Positions 38,179 through 51,024 of a stretch of DNA of 64,000 bases are shown here, in pieces. The stretch lies in NCBI GenBank assembly GCA_030141605.1, contig JAQGDQ010000175.1, positions 1 through 64,000 on the forward strand, written 5' to 3'. Position 1 is the first letter of the stretch. The number at the start of each line of letters is the position of its first letter. Under the pieces are notes generated by a model, which worked only from the letters and a program-made list of their open reading frames with translations, searched no databases and was not told the origin of the DNA. Source of the stretch: Tubiluchus corallicola. Taxonomy: Eukaryota > Animalia > Priapulida. The position numbers and the translations under genes were made by a program.

Positions 38179-41100
38179 GTGAGAATGCATTGCAATGTTA
38201 CCGGCTAGAAAATACAATGTTCAACATGCAGTAATGATAAATGACAATAACGACAATAATTATATGAAAAAAGACCTGTAGAGAAGCCTCAGGTTAGTAT
38301 GCATACCTGAAGCTGTAAATGGTCTAAATTCTAATGCATTATAGTAGCTGAGTTCTGGATTTCCAGGCTCTTTTACTAAGAGCTCTTCATTTGACTGGAT
38401 GAGGTCCGCTCAGACCTCTGTCTGTCCACAGTTGAGTGTAGCATAGTTTACAAAGTAAAGCCATCCAACCTCTCAACAAAGAAACAAATAATTAAATTTT
38501 AGATAAGTAGAAAAATTGTGATAAATAGGTAAGCAACAAATTATTAACAATAATAATAATACAAAACAGAAATGTAAAAAAGGTGACAACAATACATTTT
38601 AGATAAACAACAAATCAGCCAAACAGAAACATTTTTTAACATTAAATTTTGAATACAGCACAGCAGCCATGATCACAGGAATAAAATTATGAGTTAAGAG
38701 TACAGCAGTGACTGTGATGTTCACTGTAGGCTACAATCAGAAGAAGCCTAAGCAAGAGAGAGTAAGTTTTAGATGCAACTCACGCAAATTCGTTTAGTGC
38801 AGAAGCAACTGTCAAGACATTGTTTATAGAAGTTTCGTAATAGAGACCGGCCCGCGCGAGGAGTCTGCTAATCAGTTAAGAGACAATTCTACCCGTACAA
38901 AGAACAGAGATATCATGAGAATGAACACAAATACATGTACGCATTTTGAGAGCAACGGTCTGGAAGCAGAAGGGAGGGTTGGAACTGTATGTTTCTTCTA
39001 TTACGTTGTGATGATAGGTTGGGAAACGTTTCTATGCCAGAATAAACATCTTAGTGGTACTTTCAGCTGTTGTGTGAATTTTTTCCTGGACAATTCTAAA
39101 ATATAAAGAATAACTTTTAAGGAGAGAATAAGGTTTTTATTACTTTGTAGATAAGTTATATTGTCAGGGTTTTTATATTCAAATCTTTAAAACGAGGCTT
39201 CAATGTATCAAAATGTTATTTTGTGGTGACAAGAAACAGCCATGGGCCCCTGGAACCTTTTTCCATAACGTCATATATACTGTAGACTACTGCTTTATAT
39301 AATCCCGTAATTTGTACACTTCGATTAAACTGCATGCAGTGCTATAGCTTTGTGTCTACCGAGAATTCAAATCAAACTCATGCAGCTATATTGACCAAAC
39401 TAACTTTACATAGGTTTTAAATTAACTCGGTTCCATGTCAAACTAAGACGGAACCGCTACTGAATCGTGAGTATTGACTTCTTAATAGATAAGTGTTATA
39501 ACACAATAAAGGCTGGGCAATGTCTGCTACATTTTAATAAAATTATCAGTCATAAACCAAATTCGGGAATCTTATTATCAAGAAAAAAAAGCTATATTTA
39601 ACGTGAGGTTCAGAAAAACATACATTCAAAAATGACTCAACTTTAATAGTGCCAATTAACGAAAAAAAATCCGCCAATTAAGAAAGCAGGAAAGAAAGCG
39701 ATTTATTTAGTATTTTAAACTACCGACGTAGTTTAAGTTCTGGTGAAAACAGCAAAAAAGATCACTTGGAATTAATAATATTAATTTTGGGAAGAGTTTT
39801 TTTTATTGGTAATATATAACAATTCACACTTAAAAAGGACACAATCATACTAAAAAAATTATATGTGAAAAGTATCACATTTTTATGTATTAACAGCGTA
39901 AAAAGTTTCCCAAAAATAATATTAGTAAATACAATTGATCTACTTCCTTTTGACAACTAAGTGGCATTCTCCTTTCTTAATCAGGGAATTTCTTCTGTAA
40001 TTCAAAAATAGTATTGCTTTATTACAATCTGAAGTGAATCGTTGCAACAAACTTTAATACTTGCCAAGTTTTTATTAGATAGTCATGCTTTTTGCGCTGC
40101 GATTTGTTACAGTAAAAACGTTTGTACGTAGATTACATTGGATAGCCGTACCACGTGACCTATGACGTGCAGTAACACACTTCACCGAGGTGTTCATTTT
40201 CAGGCACTCCTAAAATAAGGAAGTTCTCTTGAAACCCAGGGCGTCGGAAACGCAAAGGAAACTTATTGTTTGTGTTTTTTCGTATTTACGACAAAAGTAA
40301 ACACGTAGGGCGGTGGGAGGTGAGGTAGGGGTTCTTGAAATGCACAAAGAACTAACCTGGAAAAAAGGCAGCTACTTATCTCAGGTCTGATTATCACTGT
40401 TACTAGAATCACATTCACATTCACGAGCACCAGTTGCAACAGCTTCAGCAGACTATTCTTTTACAGCAAAGTTTCAGAAACTTTAAATCCATCGCCTGTT
40501 ACCTTGGATGCTATTACGAATTCCTCCTCTGTATCAGGTCCTCGGTATCAGTTGAATCCATAATAGTTCGTGTAATAATGTGTCATTGTGTGTTTTTTTT
40601 TGCGTAACCCGCCAGTTAAACATTTTTATTTTTTGGTTAATCGCCCTGGCGCCGCTATTGCATTCGTTCTCTTGAATTGGGTATTGCATTCGTTCTCGCT
40701 TATGTAATACAAAACCATCCATTTAATCATTGTGAGGCAAACACCTCGTACAAAATTTTCACAAAAATTCAGATTCTATGACATCCCTGAACGCGCATCA
40801 ATTAACGGCTAGCATATCACTATCATTTCAGGAGTAGAAACCAAAGACCACATAAAATGTTCATACACCATTACCATCCTTTCAGACGGAGAAAGCAATG
40901 ATTATGTAGAAATGATTAGAAATCAGTAGATGATTATTTATTAGTGTTTCTCATTTTACGTAGTTTCAACATTGTGCAAAATGTTTTTGTGGTTATTGCT
41001 GTTTTGTGGCATGGTGTCGTGTGGTGCATTGTGGGAGGTGAGCGCTATTTGTAGTACTGTGGAATCACAATAGAGCAGTATTGCAGAAAAAAATGCTGCA

Positions 41101-41235
41101 TCGTTTATATGGCATCATCCGAAACATCTGTATATTTTACAGATACGTTCAATCAAAACATACGTGCGTACGTGCACTGCCGAAAGTCGGCCTTTAGAGC
41201 AGCTAGTTTTGAAAAAAGGTTGTAAAGTGACGCTT

Positions 41236-41476
41236 ACCAGACATTCAGAATGCGTATGTTTTATGCGGATGCGTTATAGATAAAATCGGTTTATATTGTC
41301 TTTAATGCACCCGTTGATCACACCTTCGTTATGCGTTATTTTTCTGCAGCTATTCCCTATTGATTTTTAAAAGCAGCTATTCCGTAAGTGGGATAACGCA
41401 TAACGCAGCCGATGCGAATCTGAGCAGAAAAAATTCAGTTAGCGAGTAAACCCAATGCTTCGCATTCCGGTCTGGT
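41236..41476. mobile_element. Palindromic MITE, possibly Harbinger-like
   Basis: Ends ACCAGAC..GAATGCG and CGCATTCCGGTCTGGT; internal inverted CGTTATGCGTTAT / ATAACGCATAACG. A similar right end occurs at ~20660-20697. Confidence 0.5.
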
Positions 41477-42899
41477 TTGCAAAAAATTCAGGTGTCCGTT
41501 CCTCAAAGATTTTCGATGTGTCTGTCCTCATCTAACGCAATTAAATATAACAAAAAGTATTTGAGTTTCCTTACGTGAACTGCAAAAGAGCTTAATATGT
41601 GTAAATACAAAGTTTTCACTAAGGAGTGGAACTTTTCTGATTATTTTTTCTGAAAAAAGTTCCATCTCTTGTCCTGCTACAAATCATCAATCGCATATTT
41701 TCTATATCGCTTTATTCCATTTTGTTCTTACATAGAGTTAGACAGTAATGACGACGACGATGATGATGATGATGACGATGACGACGACAACGATGCTGAT
41801 GATAAGCTTCATTAGAAAGTCAGATATAACACCTAAAGTAACTTAATATTTATTTCCAACTTACTGCCAGAACTCGAAAACTGTAATTTAGTGGTACAAT
41901 CAAAATTGCATGAATAACTTATTCAGTCAAGTGAAAAAAGGATTTTATTGGAGTAGTCGTTAACCATGACTCCAAGCTCAGGTGGTTTTAATCACTCAGT
42001 CAGCGAATATAAACCCGTAAGTGTGCAGACTCCAAAAACATAACTGAAAGAAACCGAATCCTAGACAAAGTTAAAGGAAAGGAAAGATGCACACAACATG
42101 GAGTCACTGCATTAAAGTTCATAGCCTCTGTGGCACCGGACATTTTTATGCTCCAAAAGCGGTAGCAAGAAAATCAATTTTATACAAAAAAGTAAACAAA
42201 GTTCATCACGAACAGGAGACGCTGTGTGTTTTTTAACTCTTTCAAGCGGCAGCTGCATCAGCCGGGCCGCATGTGATGTGCAGCTGATTTCTACAGCCAA
42301 AACATTCTCGCGCAACGCAAACTATATTTAAAAAACAAAATTGCATTCATTTTTTGCAGGGTACATCGCAAATAATCATCACAAATAAGCAAGTAATAAC
42401 GATAAGTGAAATGATGATGATGATGATGATGATGATGATAATGATAATGATAACGAACGATAATGCGTATTATAATAATATAAGGTTTCACCATAATGTG
42501 GTAGCCTGGTACACTCCCTAATAGGCTGTTAGGCTAAGTTTAGGCAAGATAGCTGACTACTGTGAGTACTGTGGCTTTTCGTTGTTTTAGTTAGTCCAAT
42601 AGGCTGATTAACAGACTTATCACTAGGCCGCGTCTGCCTACATTCAAAGGCCTGTATTGCTCTGGCTTCCTGTAATGTGTCCTGGTGGTGAATCCCAATT
42701 TAAACACGATCATTTTAGTCAATTTAGCAAAGTAAGGATAAACAATTGATCTCACTATTAACATATAGCCATCACAATGGCTTCTTTACGACCTCAGTTG
42801 TATACGCCCAACAGCCTGTTTATTTCATGAACCGTACTGCGACATTCTTTGCGTGCGTGCTATTTTCAGCTCCGTGGTATACTTACCCGTCATTTCCAT

Positions 42900-43172
42900 G
42901 CTGTAGAACAAATGAGTGTTGTTAATGTTTTGACGAGAGTAATATGGATCCTTACAACTAGGGTTTGAAAATGTATCATGTGCTTTGTAGTCAAGTTGTC
43001 ATGCCTGAGTTTTTAATGTCGTTTATTTAATTAAGGTTTTTTGTGGTGTGTGTATAATACTGTTATTGCATGTGTACTACATGTCTGATATGTCTGCAAA
43101 TACGTTTCTTTTTAGTGGTATGTGCTACCGAATAAAAATGATGAATGAATTAATGAGTGTATGAATGAATAA
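42900..43172 (+). mobile_element. L2-type LINE 3' tail relic
   Basis: T/G-rich tract ending in AATAAA followed by an (ATGA)n-like tail at 43131-43172. Confidence 0.4.
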
Positions 43173-44602
43173 ATCATACCACAGCATCTTTCTGTACCTA
43201 GTAGTTGCTTTGTGCGTTTCAGTACCCAATTTTAAAGTAAAACATAATGATTACTGTCGAACCGCCATGCTATAAGTAGTGTTGAATTCTCTCTACACTA
43301 CTGAAATTCTTTTTATATCTCACTGCTTAGAGCAGCATGAAATCCAAGAGCTTTTCTGTCATGTAATGTCATGTAAAAATAATTTAGTGGCAATGCCCAA
43401 GCGGTTGGCTGAAACACTAGTAATCGCTAGTTCGACACATGCTGTTTTAATTTGGCATCATTTCTTATTTACGTGGTTGCCACAGTACTATACTAGCTCT
43501 GGGTAAAGAAAAGGACAACATCAACTTTTGTAGACCTGGCTGATCTATTCTACAGACTGGCAACCGGTTGCGCTGAAAATGGGCTTTGCCCTGTAAAGGA
43601 CAGTTAACAATGTTGTCAATGTAAAAGCCAAGTTATAGTGTGTGGCAGGTACCAGGCTTGTGTGGTCTCCAAGATTCCAGATTATATTGGAATTAATAGG
43701 ATCATTGAGTGATGAGTGATTAGGTGACTGTTATGTTCAAGATGTGTATTTTCAACACTGGCCACCAAAAACTGTTTTAAAGACCTGGTATAACGCACAA
43801 AATTTTTGGATAAAGCGCATTTTTAATTCTTCCACACCCCAAAAAAGAAAACGTAGAAAACCGGAAATGGCAGGTCCTACCCGAGCTGGATGATCGTGAC
43901 GAGAGCGGGACATAACTCATTATCAAGTGTATATCTGTAAGATGGGCCACTGTCCAGCAAAGGTATCTCAGCCACAGTCGGATATACTTCCTAAACAACC
44001 AGCATCAGCATGCCGAATGAAACCGCCACAGAGCGAGAATTGAAGCATTTCATAAAGTGACAAGCCTCAGTGCAAATTCTTAACTTCAGTCGACAAGTGC
44101 AACACTACGACAACTAGCACGCACCTCGCGTCATAGTGTTATCATATTCTTTTCTTTCCTCAGTGCAATATCGTTAAAAATATGTTAGAATTTTGCATTG
44201 TCATGAGTAATAAAATCTGCTGACAGAAATAAATTTCATGCTAAAGTACTAAAGTTCTCTTGTTCACGTTAAGCAGCAAATGAAGCCACTGCGATCACGC
44301 ATAGTATAGGAATAAGCTGTTGCAAAAAACTTATGAGCGCAAAAGTTTCAAAACTGCAATATACGTTTTTATCATTGAAAATCATCATTTTCGTACATGG
44401 CGTATCTGAACATTGCAGCATCTTCTGGTAATGAACACCATTTCCTCACTTGGCTTAATTAGAGGCAATGCCGCCTGAATTTAAACTTCTTTCCTTTTAT
44501 TATTTGGCTGTAGATAAAACCAGGTCTTCGATTGCGAGTGAGTATCTGCGATCTACGTATAGCGCCACAACTTATGTACTATATTAAGTTATAAATTAAC
44601 AT

Positions 44603-47600
44603 AATATATATATATATATATATATATAATAATCTTTATTTGCCATTAAAAACATTGATAATCACTGATAAAAACTTTATAGAGATAATCAATCAGTGTT
44701 AGTTAATAAAAACTTACACTGCTGAAGGCAAATGCGTCAGTGCAATCTAAACTACTGTGCAGTAATGACGAATAAAATCAAACATATTTACAACTATACA
44801 CAAAAAAATATAAAAAAAACTATGATTTAATTAATATGGCCGTGGGTATATGAATTCGGAATTAGTGTGTATGTTGTCGTACTGGTGTGATGGTATTTCA
44901 TATCTGGTTAATATTAGTGATTTTAATTTTGTTTTAAATGCTGATAGGGACTTGATTTGTTTAACCTGTAATGGTAGAGAATTCCAAAGTAAAATTGCTT
45001 GTTTGATTACAGAGTTCGTTCCATAGTGGGTATTTGTCCTAATTTGTTTTAGATTGCTTGTTCTGGAATTAACGATAGGATTTGGAAAAAAGGTAAATCT
45101 GTTATTCTGGAATGGTTTGCTGATGTTGTTAATGTATGTTAAATACAAAAAGCAGAGTAAAATATTCTTTGTGTGCTTCAATGATTAGGAATTTTAAAGT
45201 TTTTCTCAGGCTAGTTGTTGAAGCTTTGAATTTTTGTTTACCTGCCTTGTGTTTGTATGAGTACCCAGCTATCAATCTCAACGCATAGTTTTGAAGGAGA
45301 TTTAATTTTAAGTAATTTTCTCTTTTGGTTTTTTGAAGTAGCGTACATCCATATAAGAAGTGTGGTAGAACTAAAGTTTTATATATTAGTGTTTTAGTTT
45401 CCTTTGTTAGTTGCCCTTTAACTTGTCGGAGATATGATGTGCTAGATGCCAGTTTTGTGTATATGTTATTAAAGTGATCATCCCATGAAAGATTATTGTC
45501 TACTTGTATGCCCAGGAATTTAACATTGTTAGTTTGTTTGATTACAGCATTATCTATTGTCAAAGTGGTTGATGATGCATCATTAGTATTTAATAAGGGT
45601 GACAGTATCATGAATTCTGTTTTGTCATTATTCATTTTTAGCTTGTAATGACTAAATGCCATATTTATATTTTTTATATCTTCTTCTAAATAATTTTTTG
45701 CAGTTTGGACATTTTCATGGGCTATGTAGATTGTAGTGTCATCAGCGTATTGCGTTATTTGTGAATGCTTTAATACACTGGATATGTTGTTTATATATAG
45801 GCAAAATAATAACGGACCTAGTAGTGTTCCTTGCGGTATACCTCTGTTTAACGTGGCCCAGTCAGAAAAGTTGGTTGTATCTAACTTTACTCGTTGTTGT
45901 CTATCTTTGAGATAATTTTGTATCAGTTTTAACGATATCAAATCTAATCCGATTTGTTTTAAATTATCGTAAAGTAGTTCGTGATTAATGCTATCGAAAG
46001 CTTTACTTAAATCCAAAAATGCTGCTAAAATGTATTGCTTGTTGTCTAAACTATGTCTCCAATTTTCTGTTGTGTGTATTAGGGCGTCAATGGTTGAATG
46101 GTGTTTACGGAAGCCAAACTGATGTTTTGATAAAAGTTCATGTTTATTTACATATGAATTTATCTGATCATAAATTACCCTTTCCCAAACTTTGCCGAAA
46201 CAATGGATTACGGAAATTGGGCGATAATTCATGGGATCACATTTTGGATCTTTTTTATGGATTGAAGTCACGTTTGCCATTTTACATACCGTTGGAAATT
46301 CGCCTCTCATAATTATCTGATTAGCAATGTAAGTCATATGCGGGGCTATTACAGATGCGCTATCTTTTAGAATTTTGATAGGAATATCTGATGGTCCACT
46401 CCCTTTGTTGGAACTTAGGTTATTTAATATGTCGTTAATTTCTCCTACTGTGACGCTTTTGAATGAGAATACTGTGTTAGACGATTTGTTTTTTAATTTA
46501 TTAATTATATTATTGCTAATATGAGAAGCCACTCCCTTAAAATTTCCAAGATTCAGGAATATTGCATTTAGCGCGTTGGCAATATCTTTGGGTTTTGTAA
46601 TAACCGTGTTGTTGATCTTAATTTCGTCAACACGCGTTAGTTTGTTACGGCATTTATTTATTACATTGTTAATAATTTTCCATTTTTCTTTGGTATTTGT
46701 TGCGTTTTTACATTGTTGTTGTATATGTTTATTTTTCAAGCATTTATTAAGATTATTAAATTGATTTCTCTTTTTTATAATTGTTATGATTGTTTTTAGT
46801 TTTGTTCTTTTCCCATATATTATACATTCTGTTTTTCGCTATTCTTAGTTTGTCAAGTTCAGGTGTTGTCCAGGTACTTTCGTTATTGAGTTTGCTTTGT
46901 TGTGGGATTTGTTTTACGTTTTTATATGGTGCATGTACATTAAGGCAATATTCGACATTATTAATCAGAATATTAACTTGTGTATCTATTTTATCAGTCA
47001 TATATATGGAGGTCCAGTTCATTTTTGCTAAGTCGATTAAGTATGAATGTTTGTTGTATTGGGCGTAGCCTCTCATTAAATGCCAGACTGAATTTTGGTT
47101 ATTATTATGCTGTGGGGTCATTTTATCTACTAATATTGTGAAATGATGATCTGAATAATCACACGGGAAAGTATCATATGCTACGAAATTATTGTTACTA
47201 TTCGAAATGAAATGGTCGATTACTGTAGCTGATGTTTTAGAAATTCGAGTAGGTTTATTGTTGTTAAGTATGTGGACATTATATTGTTTTAAAAGCTCTG
47301 TGTATGTTTTGTATGCCAGTGTGTTTGTAGCTAAAATATCAAGGTTGAAATCGCCCATTATAAGAACTTTTTTATTTTCGAAAACACTGCGTTCTAGTTC
47401 TTCACTAAAGTATTTGAAAAATGTTTTGTGTTTGAGATTGAGTGGTCTATATATGGTTCCTATTACATAGTTCTCAATGCTGCACCAAACAGATTCAATC
47501 TTGCCGGTTCTGATGCCTTTCATTTCTTGTGGTCTCAGGTGTGAAGGTATATACATCGCAACCCCTCCACCTTTCTTATTTTTACATCTATCTCTTCTTA

Positions 47601-48200
47601 TTACTGTGTGATTAGGTAATTCTATAGTGTTGCTAAGTATTTGTTTATGTAGCCAAGTTTCTGTTATGCCTACAATCAGATTTTCGGTGGCGTGAATTGT
47701 ATCTTTCAGCAGCCAGTGTTTTTTGACGAGACTTTGAATATTTATATTTAGAAATTTGATGTTCTTTTTATAAGTAATCATGAATTTTTTTAGCTTATCA
47801 CTGGTATTATTATTGTTGGTGTTATTATTATTATTATTTGGCAAAATGGGTCCAGGGTTAGTTTCGATACCACCAAGTATAAGTAGTAAACGAATTATGG
47901 TTAAAATGAAAGCCAGTTCAGAACATGAGTATAGAGTGCTTTCAAATTTAGATGAAATCTGTAATTTTTCCAATTTTTTTAGAGCTACGTATTTTAGATT
48001 GACATGACGCATTTGTCTTATAGCACTGAGGTACACAACTTTTAAGATGGATACAAATCTTTTTAAAATAAATTGCATAGAGTGTCTTATTCTATCGCTA
48101 TTTACAGGAAAAGCAATGAAAAAGTTGTTTAAATTACCTTTAGTCATTACATTACAAATTACTGTTACGTAGATCATTTTCAGTTTTAGTATGGATAGTA
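44603..48200 (-). mobile_element. Near-intact non-LTR retrotransposon (CR1/L2/Crack group), antisense within K2P intron 1
   Basis: APE + RT coding region at 48177-44831. The 3' UTR ends GGCAAATAAAG followed by a (TA)n tail (44604-44628). No target-site duplication seen; the 5' end is approximate. Confidence 0.93.
44831..48177 (-). pseudogene. LINE ORF2 (2A-like leader + APE endonuclease + reverse transcriptase), split by two frameshifts
   Basis: Endonuclease motifs NINIQSL, GITETWL, GGGVAMYI, IYRP, MGDFN, PTR, IDH, SDH. RT motifs NYRPIS, QFGFR, FLDLSKAFD, GIPQGTLLGPLLF, YADDT, FLG. C-terminal LWNSLP..FKTKLK. Frame changes near 46770 and 45137; about 1114 aa if repaired. Confidence 0.92.
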
Positions 48201-48389
48201 ATGTACGTAGTATAACTAAGACGTAAGCATAGTTACAATAAAAGAACTTAACTGTTTGATATTTGGCGTTAAATATACAAAGGCTCCCATAATCACAAAT
48301 AAATTTGGTAATTTTATGATAAGATAAAGATAAACAGCTTTACATGTTGCAGACTAATCATTGTGACTCTTTTCTCGTTTTTTTTCTAG

Positions 48390-48787
48390 GATATGGGCAT
48401 ATAGTTCCGGTTACAACAGAGGGAAAGATATTCTGCATGTTCTATGCCATATTTGGCATGCCTATACTGCTTATTGTTTTAGCTGATATTGGTAAACTAT
48501 TCACTCGAGCAATCAAATTTGTCTGGTCCTACGCAAGAAGGTTTTACTACACGGGACATTGCCGAGCAGCACGTCATGCATTAGAGGAACGAGCTGATAA
48601 TATCATTGACACAGCTCAAAAAGGTGTGGACTTCGTTAAGTCCGGGGCGGAAACGGCAGCCGATACTGTAACTGGAAGAAAGAAAAGCGTTGACACGATC
48701 ACTGAGAAATCGGAAGAAGAAGACAAAGAGGAAGTAAGCAAAAAGGAGAAGAGCCCCTCTATAGGAAAGGGCCAGGAAGAATCATCT
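48390..48787 (+). CDS. K2P channel exon 2: filter 1 GYG, M2, start of the M2-M3 loop
   Basis: Acceptor TTTTTTCTAG (phase 1) completes [28 protein letters not shown]; donor TCT|GTAAGT phase 0. Confidence 0.93.
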
Positions 48788-49271
48788 GTAAGTAGAGAAA
48801 AGTTTAGTTAATTTAAAAGAAGCTTAATAATAATAAGATTTAATCTCAAACAACGTGTGTGGTGAAAATGAAGCGAGTTCCAGAGATGCAACGTAAGAGA
48901 CGCTGAGTCTTCCAGCGTGTGTAGAACATGCATGTTTTCAATGAACTATCTATAAACATTATATACACACTTTGACAGCAGGCGCTGAACGCTAGCCTGC
49001 TGACTGACAGACTGACTGATTGATTGATTGATTAGCCGGCTAGCTGATCTCTCTGGTTGGCTGCTAACTAATCGACCAACCACTAACCAAATGAACTATT
49101 TTACTTTGCTAATTCGAAGTACACTAGCAGTAACAGTTACACAAAGAAGGGTAGTCCTTTAACTCCATAATGTAAATAGTAATTTAGGTTTTGTAAGACC
49201 ATCATAAAACTATCAGTTTTATTGCAGAATGACTTTAGATCATGGCTTATTAGTAGTTTGTTTCCTTGCAG

Positions 49272-49485
49272 AATGCTGTAGGAGATAAGACGGCAGAAGA
49301 TGATGCGGAGTCTATCATGCCAGAGTTTGTGGTTGATGATGAATTCAATTTGCCTGTCAGTATTGCTCTAATTCTACTTGTCTCCTACATGTTCATTGGT
49401 GCTGTAATTTTTTCTGCAATTGAGGGATGGCCTTTCTTAGATGGTTTCTATTACTGTTTCATTTCGCTCAGTACTATAGGCTTTG
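49272..49485 (+). CDS. K2P channel exon 3: M3 and pore 2
   Basis: Acceptor TTCCTTGCAG (phase 0); [24 protein letters not shown]...[19 protein letters not shown]; donor G|GTAAGC phase 1. Confidence 0.93.
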
Positions 49486-50017
49486 GTAAGCTTCCTGTTA
49501 CATTTTTAGTTGCCATTTTGTAATCCTTATGATTTTAATGTAAGTAGTAATAGGCTACTTTAAAGCGCTGAAGCAAGTTTATAGATTTATTAGTTGCACA
49601 GACTCAGAAATATTTGGGCATACTATAACACGTCTATAACTAGTAACCTACAAAACCCTATATATTGTATATATTGTGCGGGTTGGGCTTAACTCACGTA
49701 ACTCGAATGAATGGCTTTACACAAAAATAGGCGCTGCCAGGAAAAATAAAAAAATGACCACTGTAACGGATCATAAGAAGATATATCACAGGTGACGTAT
49801 TACACAAGTAAAACACGTGTTAGCACAGCGGTGCGCTAGCTGCAGTCACCTGTCGTTAATCGAGTTTCTAAGCTAATATGTACTTATCAAAAACATTTTG
49901 GTATATTATTGGTGATAAAATGTGCCTTTTTACCATGCTTCAAAATTGGTTAGGATTTTTAAAAAAGCGTCCTGTTTTCCTTTACCTGATGTAACATGCA
50001 ATTCGTGGTTTTTACAG

Positions 50018-50160
50018 GTGATTTTGTACCAGACAGACTTGGTTTCATGATGGCTGCAAGTGTGTACGTATTTGTAGGACTGTCTCTTACATCTATGGTT
50101 ATTAACGTGGTCATGGAATATTTCTCCGTGAAAATTGAGGAAGCAACAGAATTCATGAAG
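50018..50160 (+). CDS. K2P channel exon 4: M4
   Basis: Acceptor TTTTTACAG (phase 1) completes GFG-DFVP; YVFVGLSLTSMVIN; donor AAG|GTTGGC phase 0. Confidence 0.88.
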
Positions 50161-50981
50161 GTTGGCACTAGACTGCAACAACACTTCAACATAATCATTT
50201 ATTTCTCTTTTTCGAGGTGGAAGTTGGTTCGCCTAAGCTTGATCTAACATTTTATCAAAATACTAACCGAAAAATGTTGTTATTAAATTGACAAAATGTT
50301 TGATGATGAAGTTAATGATTAAAAATTACATAGCTTTAAATAACACTAACAATATATTGCATATATTGTAAGTATAAAAAATACACCTCAGTAAATAAAG
50401 TTACACCACCTTTCCTTTCATTACGCTCTCAATATCCCTATATAAGTCTCTTTTATTCAGTTTTATAACTTTTTACGAAATTATATTTAGATTCATGTTT
50501 GTTTACAAAATGTACAATTATATTCAATCAATAGCTATTAATTTTCATGTTTGCAATTACTGTAGTACTTGTTCTCTTTGTAAGTAACGCAAAGTATTTA
50601 GAAACAGTATTCTTTAATTAAAATAAGATTTACACTTAAGCAAAATTAAGAACGCACAGTACATGTTCTTAATTTACAAGGAAATATTAGTTGATACAAT
50701 TGTCCCAAACAAAAGGCATTTCTTATACTCTTTTTTAATTAGAATGACGTTTCAACTGCACCAAGCAGTCGCCATCAGGAAATTAATTGTGGTTATTAAC
50801 GAACATGCCAGAACAAACAAGCGACTCAAATACCAATAAATATAAATATAGAAACAGTTTATCAGAAAGAGTAACTTTAATGCCTTTGATATATGATTTT
50901 TTTTTTGTTTTGGCACATTGCTTAGTAGCCTGAAATAGTTTTCATTTCCTGTTCATTACCTGTTCATTGCAGTTGAAACGT

Positions 50982-50993
50982 CACGGGCACGGG

Positions 50994-51022
<29 letters not shown>
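50982..51022 (+). repeat. (CACGGG)6 hexamer tandem repeat, G-quadruplex-compatible
   Basis: Six perfect CACGGG units plus one partial unit. Confidence 0.92.

Positions 51023-51024
<2 letters not shown>

Noticed and set aside
46019-48007. Plus-strand ORFs overlapping the LINE
   Set aside because: Antisense shadows of the APE-RT reading frame, with no recognisable motifs.
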